Below, one piece after another: positions 27,265 to 35,594 of a stretch of 64,000 nucleotides of DNA. The notes beneath the pieces are model-generated. The model saw nothing but the letters and a program-made list of their open reading frames with translations, ran no database searches and was not told the DNA's origin. Where the stretch lies: contig JACKFN010000005.1 in assembly GCA_020632445.1 (NCBI GenBank), positions 30,786 to 94,785 on the forward strand. The letters run 5' to 3'. Origin of the DNA: Candidatus Nomurabacteria bacterium. GTDB lineage: Bacteria > Patescibacteriota > Patescibacteriia > Magasanikbacterales > UBA922. Every line of letters begins with the position of its first letter. The stretch's first letter is position 1. Position numbers and translations under genes: made by a program.

Positions 27265-28752
27265 TTACCTGATGTATTGGAGCGGGTTTACACGTGTTCC
27301 ATTGACCCGAACTTCAAAGTGAAGATGTGGCCCGGTAGATCGTCCTGTTGATCCGAGTATACCCACAACCTGTCCTTGTGCGACCTCTTGCCCAACCTCA
27401 ACGAGGCGTTGTGAGTTGTGTGCATAGAGCGTGTGAACTCCATTTCCGTGATCAATGATAACATAGTTACCATATCCCCCATTCCAACCATCTTGTGATT
27501 TGATCACCACACCTGCTTTTGCCGCGTAGTTGCTTATTCCTGATGGACCAGCGATATCAAGACCGGTGTGTCGCCAACCAAAGTATTGTGTAATGGTTTT
27601 TGCGTCAGTTGGCCAGATATAACCTTGTCCCGCAGGGGTGTTAACGCTTGGTCGAGGAGCGGCAATAGAGCTTACTTTCTGTGCTACATTTGATGGGGCC
27701 GGTTTACTTGGTGCTTGGACAATAACCGGTGCGGTTCCTCCCGGGATGACGAGCTTTTGGCCAATTTGGAGACTTCTTCCTCCGTCGGTGATGTCGTTGT
27801 AGTCAAGAATTTCAGCAGCATCAGCATCGTATCGACGAGCGATCGTGTTGATAGTATCTCCGCTGCCAACAGTGTGAACAACACCGTCCACAGGCGGAAT
27901 AGTGAGTTTATCACCTGGGCGAATATATGACCTTGCAGTGAGGTTATTCGCGGCAAGTATAGTTGAAAGACTTACATTGTATTGCTCAGAAATTTTTCCA
28001 AGTACATCCCCAGGCTTAACAACATAGATGATATTATCCTTTCTTTTTCCTGATGCCGGTGTAGGTATTTCTGGTGTGATCGCTTCTGGTGATGGTGAGT
28101 TTGGTTGTTGCGCACCAGGCATAATGGTTGGTTTGGTAATGGCCGAACCATCTTCTGAAACCCCAAAGTACTCTTGATCTGTGGCAGGTGCACCCAGGTC
28201 CGTGCCAGAGAATCCCTCGGTCACAGCGCCTTCCTTCCAAGAGCGTGAATCTTTTGGGATGAGTAAGGCAAAATCGGTTCTTAGATCGTCTTCGATAGAA
28301 AAATCTTGCTCACCCGGTCCAAGCAAAGAATAGAGTTTGGTGTCGCGCCCCACAACATCAGCGCGCTGAAAAGAGTAGAGCTTGCTGTGTGGGAAACTCA
28401 CCCCAATAGCAATTAAAAAGAAAAGAATTTGTAGGACTCCCCTTCTACCCAAAAAATCGATCAAAGCATTTTGTGATATTCGTCTCCGGTTGTAATTTCG
28501 TTTAAATCTCAGAACCCACTGGTGAAGCTTGTATCCAACAGTGTTGTTATAGCCGTCTGCGGTTTTGTAAAAAAAAGAAACGCACTTGAAGAAGAGCCAA
28601 ACCAGAGCGCGCTTTGCGTAGATGAGGCTGCGCAAAATGAGCAGCCATGATTTGTAGACGTATTTTTTCATAAGGAAAGAGGTCCAAAAACCCAAAGCTT
28701 CCAGAGTCCCAAAACGTACAATTAGTATAGCAGGTTTTCCCAAAAAAATCAA
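27265..28752 (-). CDS. LysM-domain M23-family peptidoglycan endopeptidase
   Basis: N-terminal TM; two LysM repeats (YVVKPGDVLGKISEQYNVSLSTILAANNL; HTVGSGDTINTIARRYDADAAEILDYNDI); C-terminal M23 with HxxxD and HxH (YGNYVIIDHGNGVHTLYAH...GSTGRSTGPHLHFEV). The true start may be the internal ATG at 28671 (MKKYVYKSW). Confidence 0.85.
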   Translation of the reverse strand: MIFLGKPAILIVRFGTLEALGFWTSFLMKKYVYKSWLLILRSLIYAKRALVWLFFKCVSFFYKTADGYNNTVGYKLHQWVLRFKRNYNRRRISQNALIDFLGRRGVLQILFFLIAIGVSFPHSKLYSFQRADVVGRDTKLYSLLGPGEQDFSIEDDLRTDFALLIPKDSRSWKEGAVTEGFSGTDLGAPATDQEYFGVSEDGSAITKPTIMPGAQQPNSPSPEAITPEIPTPASGKRKDNIIYVVKPGDVLGKISEQYNVSLSTILAANNLTARSYIRPGDKLTIPPVDGVVHTVGSGDTINTIARRYDADAAEILDYNDITDGGRSLQIGQKLVIPGGTAPVIVQAPSKPAPSNVAQKVSSIAAPRPSVNTPAGQGYIWPTDAKTITQYFGWRHTGLDIAGPSGISNYAAKAGVVIKSQDGWNGGYGNYVIIDHGNGVHTLYAHNSQRLVEVGQEVAQGQVVGILGSTGRSTGPHLHFEVRVNGTRVNPLQYIR

Positions 28753-28884
28753 GGGTTTTCCTTATTTTTTTTCCTAAAATAAGTCAAATAATCGACCAAG
28801 GAAGGCATCTGAGAAAACGGGGAGGTGGTTGACTTTTTTCATGATATTCGCTACACTTCCAGCATTGTCTTTGATTATTTGATT

Positions 28885-30237
28885 ATGTCATACGAAGTAA
28901 AAAAACAGGGTGGCTCACAGGTTCAGATTACGGTTACCGTAAAGCCTGATGAGTATGCACAAGATATGAAGACCGCAGCGCAGCGAATCTCTCAAAATGC
29001 CAATATCAAGGGTTTTCGTAAAGGAAAGGCACCATATGATGTTGTGGTTCGAGAGTTTGGTGAAATGGGGATTTTGCAAGAGGCACTCCAAAGTATTCTT
29101 AGGCACAGTTATCATACGGCAGTGGTAAAGGAAAATCTTGATATTATTGGGACACCGGATATTAAAGTCGAGAAGATGGCACCAGGAAATGATTTGGTGT
29201 ACGTTGCAACCGTTGCACTTTTGCCAGAGGTGAAGCTTGCAGATGTGAGCAAGATTAAGGTCAAAAAGGAAGTTCGCACGGTAGAAGACAAAGAAATTGA
29301 TGAAACGCTCGATGCGCTTCGTGGTATGCAAGCCGAGGAAATCAAAAAAGATGGAAAGGCAACTGATCAGGATAAACTTGTTATCGACATGAACATGTTT
29401 CATGAAAAGGTTCCTGTCGAAGGCGGCCAATCAAAAGATTATCAAGTGTATCTTTCAGAAAAGCATTACATTCCCGGGTTTAATGAAAAACTTATTGGTG
29501 CAAAGGCCGGGGATGATCTCACCTTTACTTTGGAATTTCCAAAAGAACATTACCAAAAGCACCTTGCAGGGAGAAAAATCGATTTTGAAGTGAAGGTAAA
29601 AGAAGTATTTGAGCGGAAGCTTCCAGAACTTAATGAAGAATTTGCAAAAAAGCTTGGACAAAAGAGCGTAAAAGAGCTCAAAGAGCTTTTGATGAAGAAT
29701 AAACAAGCAGAAGAAGAGCAAAAAGCAGAGCAAAAGGTGGAAATAGAAATGCTTGATGCTATGATTGAAAAATCATCCTTTGAAGATATCCCGGAAGTTT
29801 TGATCAACCACGAGAAAGAAAAAATGTTTAATGAACTCCGTCGTGATTTGGAAAAACATGGGGTTACCCTTGAGCAGTATTTGATGGACATCAAGAAAAA
29901 AGAAGATGAGCTTTTGAAGGATTTTACTGAGCAGGCAACCAAGCGTGCCAAGGCCGCCCTCATTTCTCGTGAGATTGCAAAAGAGCACAAGATCACCGCT
30001 GATGAGAGTGAGATTGAAGAAGAACTCAAAAAGGTACGTGATATGTACAAGGATCATCCACAGTGGGCCGAGTACAAAGAGCATTTTGATCGCATAGAAG
30101 TCAAAGAGACTATTGCAACCACGATTCAAAACAGAAAAGTAATTGCATGGCTTAAGAGTCAGGTGCTTGGGGAGGTCAAGACGGACCAAAAGAAAGAGAA
30201 AAGCACAGCAGGAAAAAAGGAGACAAAGAAAAAGTAA
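28885..30237 (+). CDS. tig: Trigger factor
   Basis: Start at the internal ATG (MSYEVKKQGGSQVQITVTVKPDEY...). N-terminal ribosome-binding domain with GFRKGKAP, a PPIase-like central domain and a C-terminal arm. Confidence 0.9.
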   Translation: MSYEVKKQGGSQVQITVTVKPDEYAQDMKTAAQRISQNANIKGFRKGKAPYDVVVREFGEMGILQEALQSILRHSYHTAVVKENLDIIGTPDIKVEKMAPGNDLVYVATVALLPEVKLADVSKIKVKKEVRTVEDKEIDETLDALRGMQAEEIKKDGKATDQDKLVIDMNMFHEKVPVEGGQSKDYQVYLSEKHYIPGFNEKLIGAKAGDDLTFTLEFPKEHYQKHLAGRKIDFEVKVKEVFERKLPELNEEFAKKLGQKSVKELKELLMKNKQAEEEQKAEQKVEIEMLDAMIEKSSFEDIPEVLINHEKEKMFNELRRDLEKHGVTLEQYLMDIKKKEDELLKDFTEQATKRAKAALISREIAKEHKITADESEIEEELKKVRDMYKDHPQWAEYKEHFDRIEVKETIATTIQNRKVIAWLKSQVLGEVKTDQKKEKSTAGKKETKKK

Positions 30238-30239
30238 GA

Positions 30240-30270
30240 GAGAACCCGTGTAAACGGGTTTTCTTATCCG
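30240..30270 (+). terminator. Intrinsic terminator after tig
   Basis: AACCCGTgtaaACGGGTTttcttat. Confidence 0.5.
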
Positions 30271-30276
30271 TGTCAT

Positions 30277-30504
30277 ATGAAACTTGCGATAAAAGTCATC
30301 CCACGTGCCAAGGAGAATAAAATAGAAGGAACACTCGAGTCTGGCAGCCTTCGTGTTCGGCTCACCGCAGCGCCAACAGATGGACAGGCCAACGAACAAT
30401 TGATAAAACTGGTCAGTAAACATTTCAAAATTGCAAAATCCTGTATACGTATTGTGCGTGGTCACACGGGCAGAGACAAAGTTATTGAAATTTCTCAGGA
30501 GTGA
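30277..30504 (+). CDS. DUF167/YggU-family protein
   Basis: 75 aa; MKLAIKVIPRAKENKIEG...LRVRLTAAPTDGQANEQLIKLVSKHFKIAKSCIRIVRGHTGRDKVIEI matches the UPF0235 pattern (KV.P.AK.N.I.....L.V...AP..DG.AN..LI..L....V.......G..SR.K.V.I). Confidence 0.7.
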   Translation: MKLAIKVIPRAKENKIEGTLESGSLRVRLTAAPTDGQANEQLIKLVSKHFKIAKSCIRIVRGHTGRDKVIEISQE

Positions 30505-30583
30505 AATCCAAAACAAAAAACTTCCATTCAAGGAAGTTTTTTGTTTTCCGGATTGACAAAGGATTTTTTTTGATGAATAATAA

Positions 30584-31006
30584 TTGCGTCCGAGGGAAAA
30601 CATCATCCGCCGGCAATCATGGGGAGAGGTTGCTGCAAACCTCAGGAGGAGCCGAGTGGATATCCGTGAATGGTTGGTAGTGTTGATGGCTGCGGCCACA
30701 ACGTTTTTGGTCGCCGGTGGAGATTACTACTGGCGTCGAGATCGAAAGGTCATGGCCGCGCTATACAGCGCATTGGGAGTGTTCGCGTCAGCTGTCGTTG
30801 GGATCGGGCAAGCTCGAAACCAGGGACTGCAGATCCTGCCAATGTACATCCTCTTTTTCGCACTGGACATGTTTGTCTTCCTTGCGTTCTGGCGTCGCAT
30901 TGCGCACCGTCATTTCGCATGGATGGAAGCGTGCCGGTGGGGACACCGTAATCACACCCCTCTCGCCTCGGGCGCCCATCTCTCTGGTACCGGACCTGCT
31001 GCCTAA
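30584..31006 (+). CDS. Hypothetical 3-TM membrane protein encoded in a GC-rich island
   Basis: 140-aa ORF with three clear hydrophobic helices (LVVLMAAATTFLVAGG, VMAALYSALGVFASAVVGIG, ILPMYILFFALDMFVFLAFW); about 60% GC against an AT-rich background. Downstream TCCTCCCCACCCTTACTCC overlaps the yidD 3' end. Confidence 0.35.
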   Translation: MRPRENIIRRQSWGEVAANLRRSRVDIREWLVVLMAAATTFLVAGGDYYWRRDRKVMAALYSALGVFASAVVGIGQARNQGLQILPMYILFFALDMFVFLAFWRRIAHRHFAWMEACRWGHRNHTPLASGAHLSGTGPAA

Positions 31007-31029
31007 ATCCTAGCGGCAGGCCGGACAAC

Positions 31030-31269
31030 TCATGCAACGTCCTCCCCACCCTTACTCCATGGATTACAACGCAGTATTCTCCAGATCGTCTTGAGTGAGC
31101 CAATAAAGGCTCCATTTTTTTTTATGGATTCGATTGCGTATTGGCTACAGGTTGGATGAAATTTGCAGTATCCTTGTGGGAAGAACCGTCTCACCCAGCT
31201 ATGATCTGGTGAAAGGGTTTTTTGATAGACTATGATACAGCCGATCAAAAATTTTTGTAGGATATTCAT
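31030..31269 (-). CDS. yidD: Membrane protein insertion efficiency factor YidD
   Basis: 79 aa with the conserved CKFHPTCSQYAIESIKKNG and RILRCNPWSKGG motifs; directly downstream of rnpA. Confidence 0.85.
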   Translation of the reverse strand: MNILQKFLIGCIIVYQKTLSPDHSWVRRFFPQGYCKFHPTCSQYAIESIKKNGAFIGSLKTIWRILRCNPWSKGGEDVA

Positions 31270-31281
31270 AGCACGGATTTA

Positions 31282-31659
31282 CTACCTCAAAACTCGTGCA
31301 CGCGAAAGAGCACTTTTAATGCTTTTTTCAATCGCGGCATAATCAGACTCAAGTATTTCTTTCTTTGCCATAACAGCAATGAGGTATCCAGATTGTAAGA
31401 TATCTTTTTTAAGCATGAGGCGCACCACCTCACGCATCTGTCGCTTCTTTCTATTTCTCTCGACTGCTTTTTTGCTTACTTTCACACTGACCACAAAACC
31501 AATTAAAAGCGTATCACGGGTATATGCACGTCTTGGATATTTTTCAGGATCAATTTTCCAAACCTTGAGGGTTATGCACTGATCACCAATAAACCTGCCC
31601 TCATCAAAAAGGATCTGAAAATCTTTCATGTGTTTGAGACGGTTCTCTTTGGGAATCAT
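31282..31659 (-). CDS. rnpA: Ribonuclease P protein component
   Basis: 125 aa, basic, located between rpmH and yidD (the conserved rpmH-rnpA-yidD order); RNR-like basic motif KKAVERNRKKRQMRE. Confidence 0.85.
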   Translation of the reverse strand: MIPKENRLKHMKDFQILFDEGRFIGDQCITLKVWKIDPEKYPRRAYTRDTLLIGFVVSVKVSKKAVERNRKKRQMREVVRLMLKKDILQSGYLIAVMAKKEILESDYAAIEKSIKSALSRARVLR

Positions 31660-31690
31660 ATATGAGGATTATAGCATAAATGCTGTAAAC

Positions 31691-31719
31691 AAAAGAACTT
31701 CGCATGACGAAGTTCTTTT
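31691..31719 (-). terminator. Hairpin plus T-run between rpmH and rnpA (attenuator-type partial terminator)
   Basis: AAAAGAACTTCGcatgaCGAAGTTCTTTTT; 9-bp stem with A/T flanks. Confidence 0.5.
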
Positions 31720-31726
31720 TGAGAGT

Positions 31727-31903
31727 TTATCTGGTTTTTCGTGTGCGCTTTCCTGTCTTTTCGTCACTTACGGTAAGTTTGTGGCGTCCTTTTACACGTC
31801 GGCGCTTGAGTACGGCGCGTCCGTCTTTAGAAGACATTCTGGCACGAAACCCATGAGTTTTTGCTCTCTTACGCTTTTTTGGTTGATACGTTCTCTTTGG
31901 CAT
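31727..31903 (-). CDS. rpmH: 50S ribosomal protein L34
   Basis: Missing from the ORF track (below 60 aa). Reverse complement translates to [58 protein letters not shown]; matches the L34 consensus MKRTFQPS..KR.R.HGFRARM.T..GR.VL..RR.KGR..LTV. Confidence 0.8.
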   Translation of the reverse strand: MPKRTYQPKKRKRAKTHGFRARMSSKDGRAVLKRRRVKGRHKLTVSDEKTGKRTRKTR

Positions 31904-31976
31904 AGAATTGCTGTTTTCCGCCTTTGGCGGATAGAATTTTCAAGTGCTCCAATAATACCTTAATTTCCCTTTTCTG

Positions 31977-32429
31977 TCAAGGCTTGGCTCTTTTTTCCTG
32001 TTGTAGTCCAAGAAAGATGAAAAATGCCCCGAAGGTAATGAGAATGTCGGCAATGTTGATAACAGAGGTAAAAAAGAGAAAGTAATCGGTGGTAAAGCCA
32101 AAAAGTATACGGTCGGCAAAGTTCGAGATGGCTCCTGAGACGACCCAAAACACTCCCAAAGTGGTCATAAAATTCGGATTGCTCAGCCCACGAAAGAACA
32201 CAAACAGAAACAAGAGAATAAAGGGAGTTAAGAGAAGGATGAGATAGGGCGGAAAGGGAAGACTAAAGGCTATACCGGTATTTTCGAAGTATTTCCACCC
32301 AAGCATTTCGTGAAATGTGGTCCAGGAAAATGCTTGGTTGGCTCGCGCCCAGTGTTTGAGGAATTGGTCAAGAGCAATAAAAAAACCGCCTAAAAGCGCA
32401 TAGCGAATTGGGCGGCTTAGATTTTTCAT
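31977..32429 (-). CDS. lspA: Lipoprotein signal peptidase (signal peptidase II)
   Basis: 150 aa, 4 TM; conserved ENTGIAFSL and ISNFADRI (catalytic Asp motifs). Confidence 0.85.
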   Translation of the reverse strand: MKNLSRPIRYALLGGFFIALDQFLKHWARANQAFSWTTFHEMLGWKYFENTGIAFSLPFPPYLILLLTPFILLFLFVFFRGLSNPNFMTTLGVFWVVSGAISNFADRILFGFTTDYFLFFTSVINIADILITFGAFFIFLGLQQEKRAKP

Positions 32430-32432
32430 AGA

Positions 32433-32801
32433 TTAAGCTTCTCCTGTGACTACTTTTTTGGCCTCTGCTGTGGTGCTTGATGTTGGTCTTGCACGTAGGC
32501 GCTCTTCTGAAATTTTCTCTCCGGTAAACTTACAGATACCATAAGTCCCGTCTGCCATACGTTTGAGTGCAGATTCAACATCCCGGAGTGATTTTTCGAG
32601 TCTGTCGACGAGCTGTCTATTGACCTCATCATCAGTTACTTCGTGAGCATTTTCTTCTTCAGAATCGCCGTATTCTACATGGTCGTGGATACGAGAAAGC
32701 TCATCTTCGAGTTTTTTCTGTTCGTTACTCAGAGCCTCAGACATTTCGTCGAGAAAGGCCTGGTCAAACAAGTCTTTTGTCTTCGCCATATGTTTTATCA
32801 T
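32433..32801 (-). CDS. DksA/TraR-family regulator-like protein (zinc-finger region degenerate, one Cys)
   Basis: Coiled-coil N-terminal region plus C-terminal MADGTYGICKFTGEKISEERLRARP resembling the DksA C4 finger region; may start at the internal ATG at 32789. Confidence 0.5.
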   Translation of the reverse strand: MIKHMAKTKDLFDQAFLDEMSEALSNEQKKLEDELSRIHDHVEYGDSEEENAHEVTDDEVNRQLVDRLEKSLRDVESALKRMADGTYGICKFTGEKISEERLRARPTSSTTAEAKKVVTGEA

Positions 32802-32884
32802 TATGCCAGTAGTATATCAGATATGGTGTGAAAATCAAGGCTCATGCCTTGCCTACTCTGGGTATAATTTTTTCAAATATAAAA

Positions 32885-33300
32885 GGCCCTGACGCCTTGG
32901 GTATAGAATTTGTGCGCGGGCCTTAGAAGCATCCGCCGGTGCCAGCTACCAACTGTCTGGTCGCATAAACGCTCAAACAGTTAGTAACCGGCAATCCATG
33001 CGGATTGCGGTTAATACATCTTCACCGCCTGCAGTGGTGTTGAAGCTCGACGACACGGGATAAACACGTGACGCATGATTGAGCAGCACCGACTCGGATC
33101 CTTTTTCCGCTCTTTTGGGGCGAGCTACCTATTTTCGCTTTTGTTTTTATTTTTGAGTCCTTCGGAATGCACATAGTGCACTCTGGGGCTTGTCCTACGA
33201 AGGGGTAAAAGAAGGATCCAAGGTAACTCAGGCAGACATAAGATGTAGACCTGTCCTCAGGAGAGCTCCTGGGTCAAGGTCTTGTAAAGATCAGATCAGC
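32885..33300 (-). ncRNA. Candidate structured non-coding RNA (about 410 nt, GC-rich) of unassigned family, ending in an intrinsic terminator on the minus strand
   Basis: About 415 bp at roughly 55% GC with no credible ORF. Local hairpins include CCGGCAATCC-atgc-GGATTGCGG. On the minus strand the 3' end GGCCCGCGCacaaattctatacccaaGGCGTCAGGGCC is followed by UUUU. No GGAAAGUCC (RNase P P4), tRNA-like T-arm/ACCA (tmRNA) or SRP domain-IV motif found. Confidence 0.35.
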
Positions 33301-33387
33301 ATTTGTTTGATCTTGCATATACTATACCATAAAAAACCGAAAAAGTCAATAGTGCCCATTTTTTCTCTTAAATTAGGAGCTTTTTGC

Positions 33388-33525
33388 TGTGGATAATACA
33401 TTCTGTTTGTATACACTAGTCTATACAAACAGAATTATTGATGGTTTTCTGGAAAATGTTATCCACAATTTATGGTGTTTTTCCACAGACTTATCCACAT
33501 CTTGTGGAAAATCAGTGGAAATGTG
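33388..33525. promoter_or_regulatory. Ectopic DnaA-box cluster (at least 7 boxes in about 140 bp)
   Basis: TGTGGATAA (33388), TTATCCACA (33449), TTTTCCACA (33480), TTATCCACA (33491), TGTGGAAAA (33503), AGTGGAAAT (33514), TGTGGAAAA (33522); bracketed by two copies of the P1 palindrome. Confidence 0.6.
33401..33434. repeat. P1 palindrome copy 1 (TTCTGTTTGTATACACTAGTCTATACAAACAGAA)
   Basis: 34-bp near-perfect palindrome, one central mismatch. Confidence 0.9.
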
Positions 33526-33536
33526 GAAAATTGACC

Positions 33537-33563
33537 CTGTTTGTATAGACTAGTGTATACAAA
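33537..33563. repeat. P1 palindrome copy 2 (CTGTTTGTATAGACTAGTGTATACAAA)
   Basis: Read directly. Confidence 0.9.
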
Positions 33564-33603
33564 TGGGGTATTATGGGGGAGTCATAGCAATGGAGGGCAA
33601 GAT

Positions 33604-33954
33604 ATGGCAGTCGTCCCAACATACTGGGTGTTGGAGGATGAGGTTCTCACGTTTATTTACTGCCTCATACCAGGGCATGATATGGGGTACGGGAGTCTGG
33701 GGCATCGCCTGGTCGTGGTGAAGGTCTTATACGAGCTCTACCTCGATCAGAGTGATCAGGTCGAGAACGTTAGGTTTTCGAGCACAGATGGTCTGCTAGC
33801 GGCTTTGTCGTGGCTTGTGGCAGACGGACACGTTGAGAAATTTGAGATTGAGCATGTCTGCGACTGGGTGTTCGGTTGTTTCTATGAAACTAACTTGGAG
33901 GACTCACCTCAGTCTCGAGGACCAGCGGTCCCTCGTACTTTTTTCCTTTTCTAA
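33604..33954 (+). CDS. Hypothetical protein (116 aa), moderately GC-rich
   Basis: GGAGGG Shine-Dalgarno 6 nt upstream of the ATG at 33604 (MAVVPTYWVLEDEV...). The TAA stop is followed by CTTTCTCCCACCTCCCTAATC. The track ORF starts inside the P1 repeat. Confidence 0.35.
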   Translation: MAVVPTYWVLEDEVLTFIYCLIPGHDMGYGSLGHRLVVVKVLYELYLDQSDQVENVRFSSTDGLLAALSWLVADGHVEKFEIEHVCDWVFGCFYETNLEDSPQSRGPAVPRTFFLF

Positions 33955-33969
33955 CTTTCTCCCACCTCC

Positions 33970-35493
33970 CTAATCAGTTTTTTGCCTGAATTGAAGCGCT
34001 TCAGATATATGCGTCGACGAGATATTGAGATCTGAAGACAAGTCAGCAATGGTTCTGGCGACCTTCAAGATTCGATGGAAGCTTCTGGCTGAAAGGTTAT
34101 ACATATGCATTGCTTGGCGTAGGAGGGCCTCACTGGATTTATCAATTTGGCAATACTCACGGATGTGGGTATTTTTCATTTCACTATTAGCACTAATACC
34201 TGCATGAGCAAAGCGTTTGGTTTGTATTTCTCGTGCCTCTTCGACTCGCTCGCGTATACTTTTGGACGATTCGGCAAGACCAGGTTGTGTGAGCTTTGAA
34301 AATGCAACTTTTGGGACCTCTATGTGCAGGTCAATTCTATCGAGCAGTGGTCCACTTATTTTCTTTTGATAGTTTTGTATTTGACGAGGGCTGCATATAC
34401 AGGATTTGTCAGGATCAGTAGCATAACCACAAGGGCAAGGGTTCTGGCTGGCAATGAGCGTAAAGCTGGCCGGAAATGTAAGAGTTCCCTGAGCTCTTGA
34501 TATGGTGACTATGCCGTCTTCAAGCGGTCCACGAAGTGTTTCAAGAACCCCTCTTGGAAATTCCGGAAATTCATCCAGAAAGAGGATACCTTTGTGAGCC
34601 AGAGAAATTTCTCCGGGGGAAGGGTATTGTCCACCACCAACGAGGGCGACATGTGAAGCGCTGTGGTGTGGGCTGCGAAATGGACGTTTTGTGATGAGTG
34701 GTGTTTGCTTTGTCAGTAGCCCTGCAACTGAGTAAATTTTTGTAACCTCGATAGCTTCTTGCGGTGTAAGTTTGGGGAGTATGCTTGGGAGTGTTCTTGA
34801 AAGGAGTGTTTTTCCAGACCCCGGTGGTCCGTTTAGCAGCACATTGTGTCCACCACTCGCTGCAATTTCGAGCGCACGTTTGCTCATGGTTTGTCCTCTT
34901 ATGTGCGCCATATCGAGGGGGTATTCTTCCTTTTCAAAAAAAGATTGTGGGTCGATATTCGGTATAGTGCGAATGGGGAGGCTACCATGGAGATGCTTGA
35001 GCATTTGCCCAAAAGAGCGCACCGGGTAGATTTCAATACCACCTATGATGGCAGCTTCTTTGGCATTCATCTCAGGGAGAAAGATTTTTTTGAACCCGTT
35101 TTCTTTGGCATAGATCGCAAGCGGAAGGACGCCTTTGACTGGACGAAGCTCACCACTGAGTGCTAGTTCACCAACAAAAAGAGCGTCATCAAGACGCACG
35201 TTTTGTATATTTTTGTCGGCAATGTAGAGCCCAAGTGCAATGGGAAGGTCAAAAGAACTTCCTTCCTTTCGTGTATCCGCCGGTGCGAGATTTACGACAA
35301 TGCCTTTGCCGTGTGGATATTGCAATCCGGTATTTTTCCATGCGGTACGAATTCTTTCTTTAGCCTCCTTGACGGCTGTGTCCCCAAGTCCGACGAGAAT
35401 AAAGCCGGGCCAGCTCGGTGATACATCGACTTCAATATCAATGGGTTTGCAATCCAAACCAAGCGCAGCAGCGCTGCAAAGTGAAAAAAACAT
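33970..35493 (-). CDS. comM: YifB/ComM-family Mg-chelatase-like AAA+ ATPase
   Basis: 507 aa; N-terminal Lon-protease-like domain, Walker A GPPGSGKT, Walker B ILFLDEFPEF, C-terminal ChlI-like domain. Confidence 0.85.
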   Translation of the reverse strand: MFFSLCSAAALGLDCKPIDIEVDVSPSWPGFILVGLGDTAVKEAKERIRTAWKNTGLQYPHGKGIVVNLAPADTRKEGSSFDLPIALGLYIADKNIQNVRLDDALFVGELALSGELRPVKGVLPLAIYAKENGFKKIFLPEMNAKEAAIIGGIEIYPVRSFGQMLKHLHGSLPIRTIPNIDPQSFFEKEEYPLDMAHIRGQTMSKRALEIAASGGHNVLLNGPPGSGKTLLSRTLPSILPKLTPQEAIEVTKIYSVAGLLTKQTPLITKRPFRSPHHSASHVALVGGGQYPSPGEISLAHKGILFLDEFPEFPRGVLETLRGPLEDGIVTISRAQGTLTFPASFTLIASQNPCPCGYATDPDKSCICSPRQIQNYQKKISGPLLDRIDLHIEVPKVAFSKLTQPGLAESSKSIRERVEEAREIQTKRFAHAGISANSEMKNTHIREYCQIDKSSEALLRQAMHMYNLSARSFHRILKVARTIADLSSDLNISSTHISEALQFRQKTD

Positions 35494-35594
35494 AATCCCT
35501 CCTTTAAATGTAATACAGGAAGTAAATCACGTTTTGTTTTTTCCTGCAAGAGGAAAAGGTAACGGTTTGTTGATAGGAGGTTTTTTGTTTAATT

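Noticed and set aside
31085-31127. Hairpin plus T9 (GAGCCaataaaGGCTCCATTTTTTTTT) that looks like a terminator
   Set aside because: It lies inside the yidD coding sequence (full-length 79-aa YidD with conserved C-terminus), so it cannot be a terminator for the plus-strand GC-rich ORF without truncating yidD; probably fortuitous.
32885-33300. RNase P RNA or tmRNA assignment for the 410-nt GC-rich region
   Set aside because: Neither strand contains GGAAAGUCC / ACAGNAACCCGGCUUA (P4) or a tRNA-like 3' end (T-arm GGUUCGANUCC plus acceptor/ACCA), and no plausible tag ORF ends in ...AA-stop. Kept only as an unassigned ncRNA candidate.
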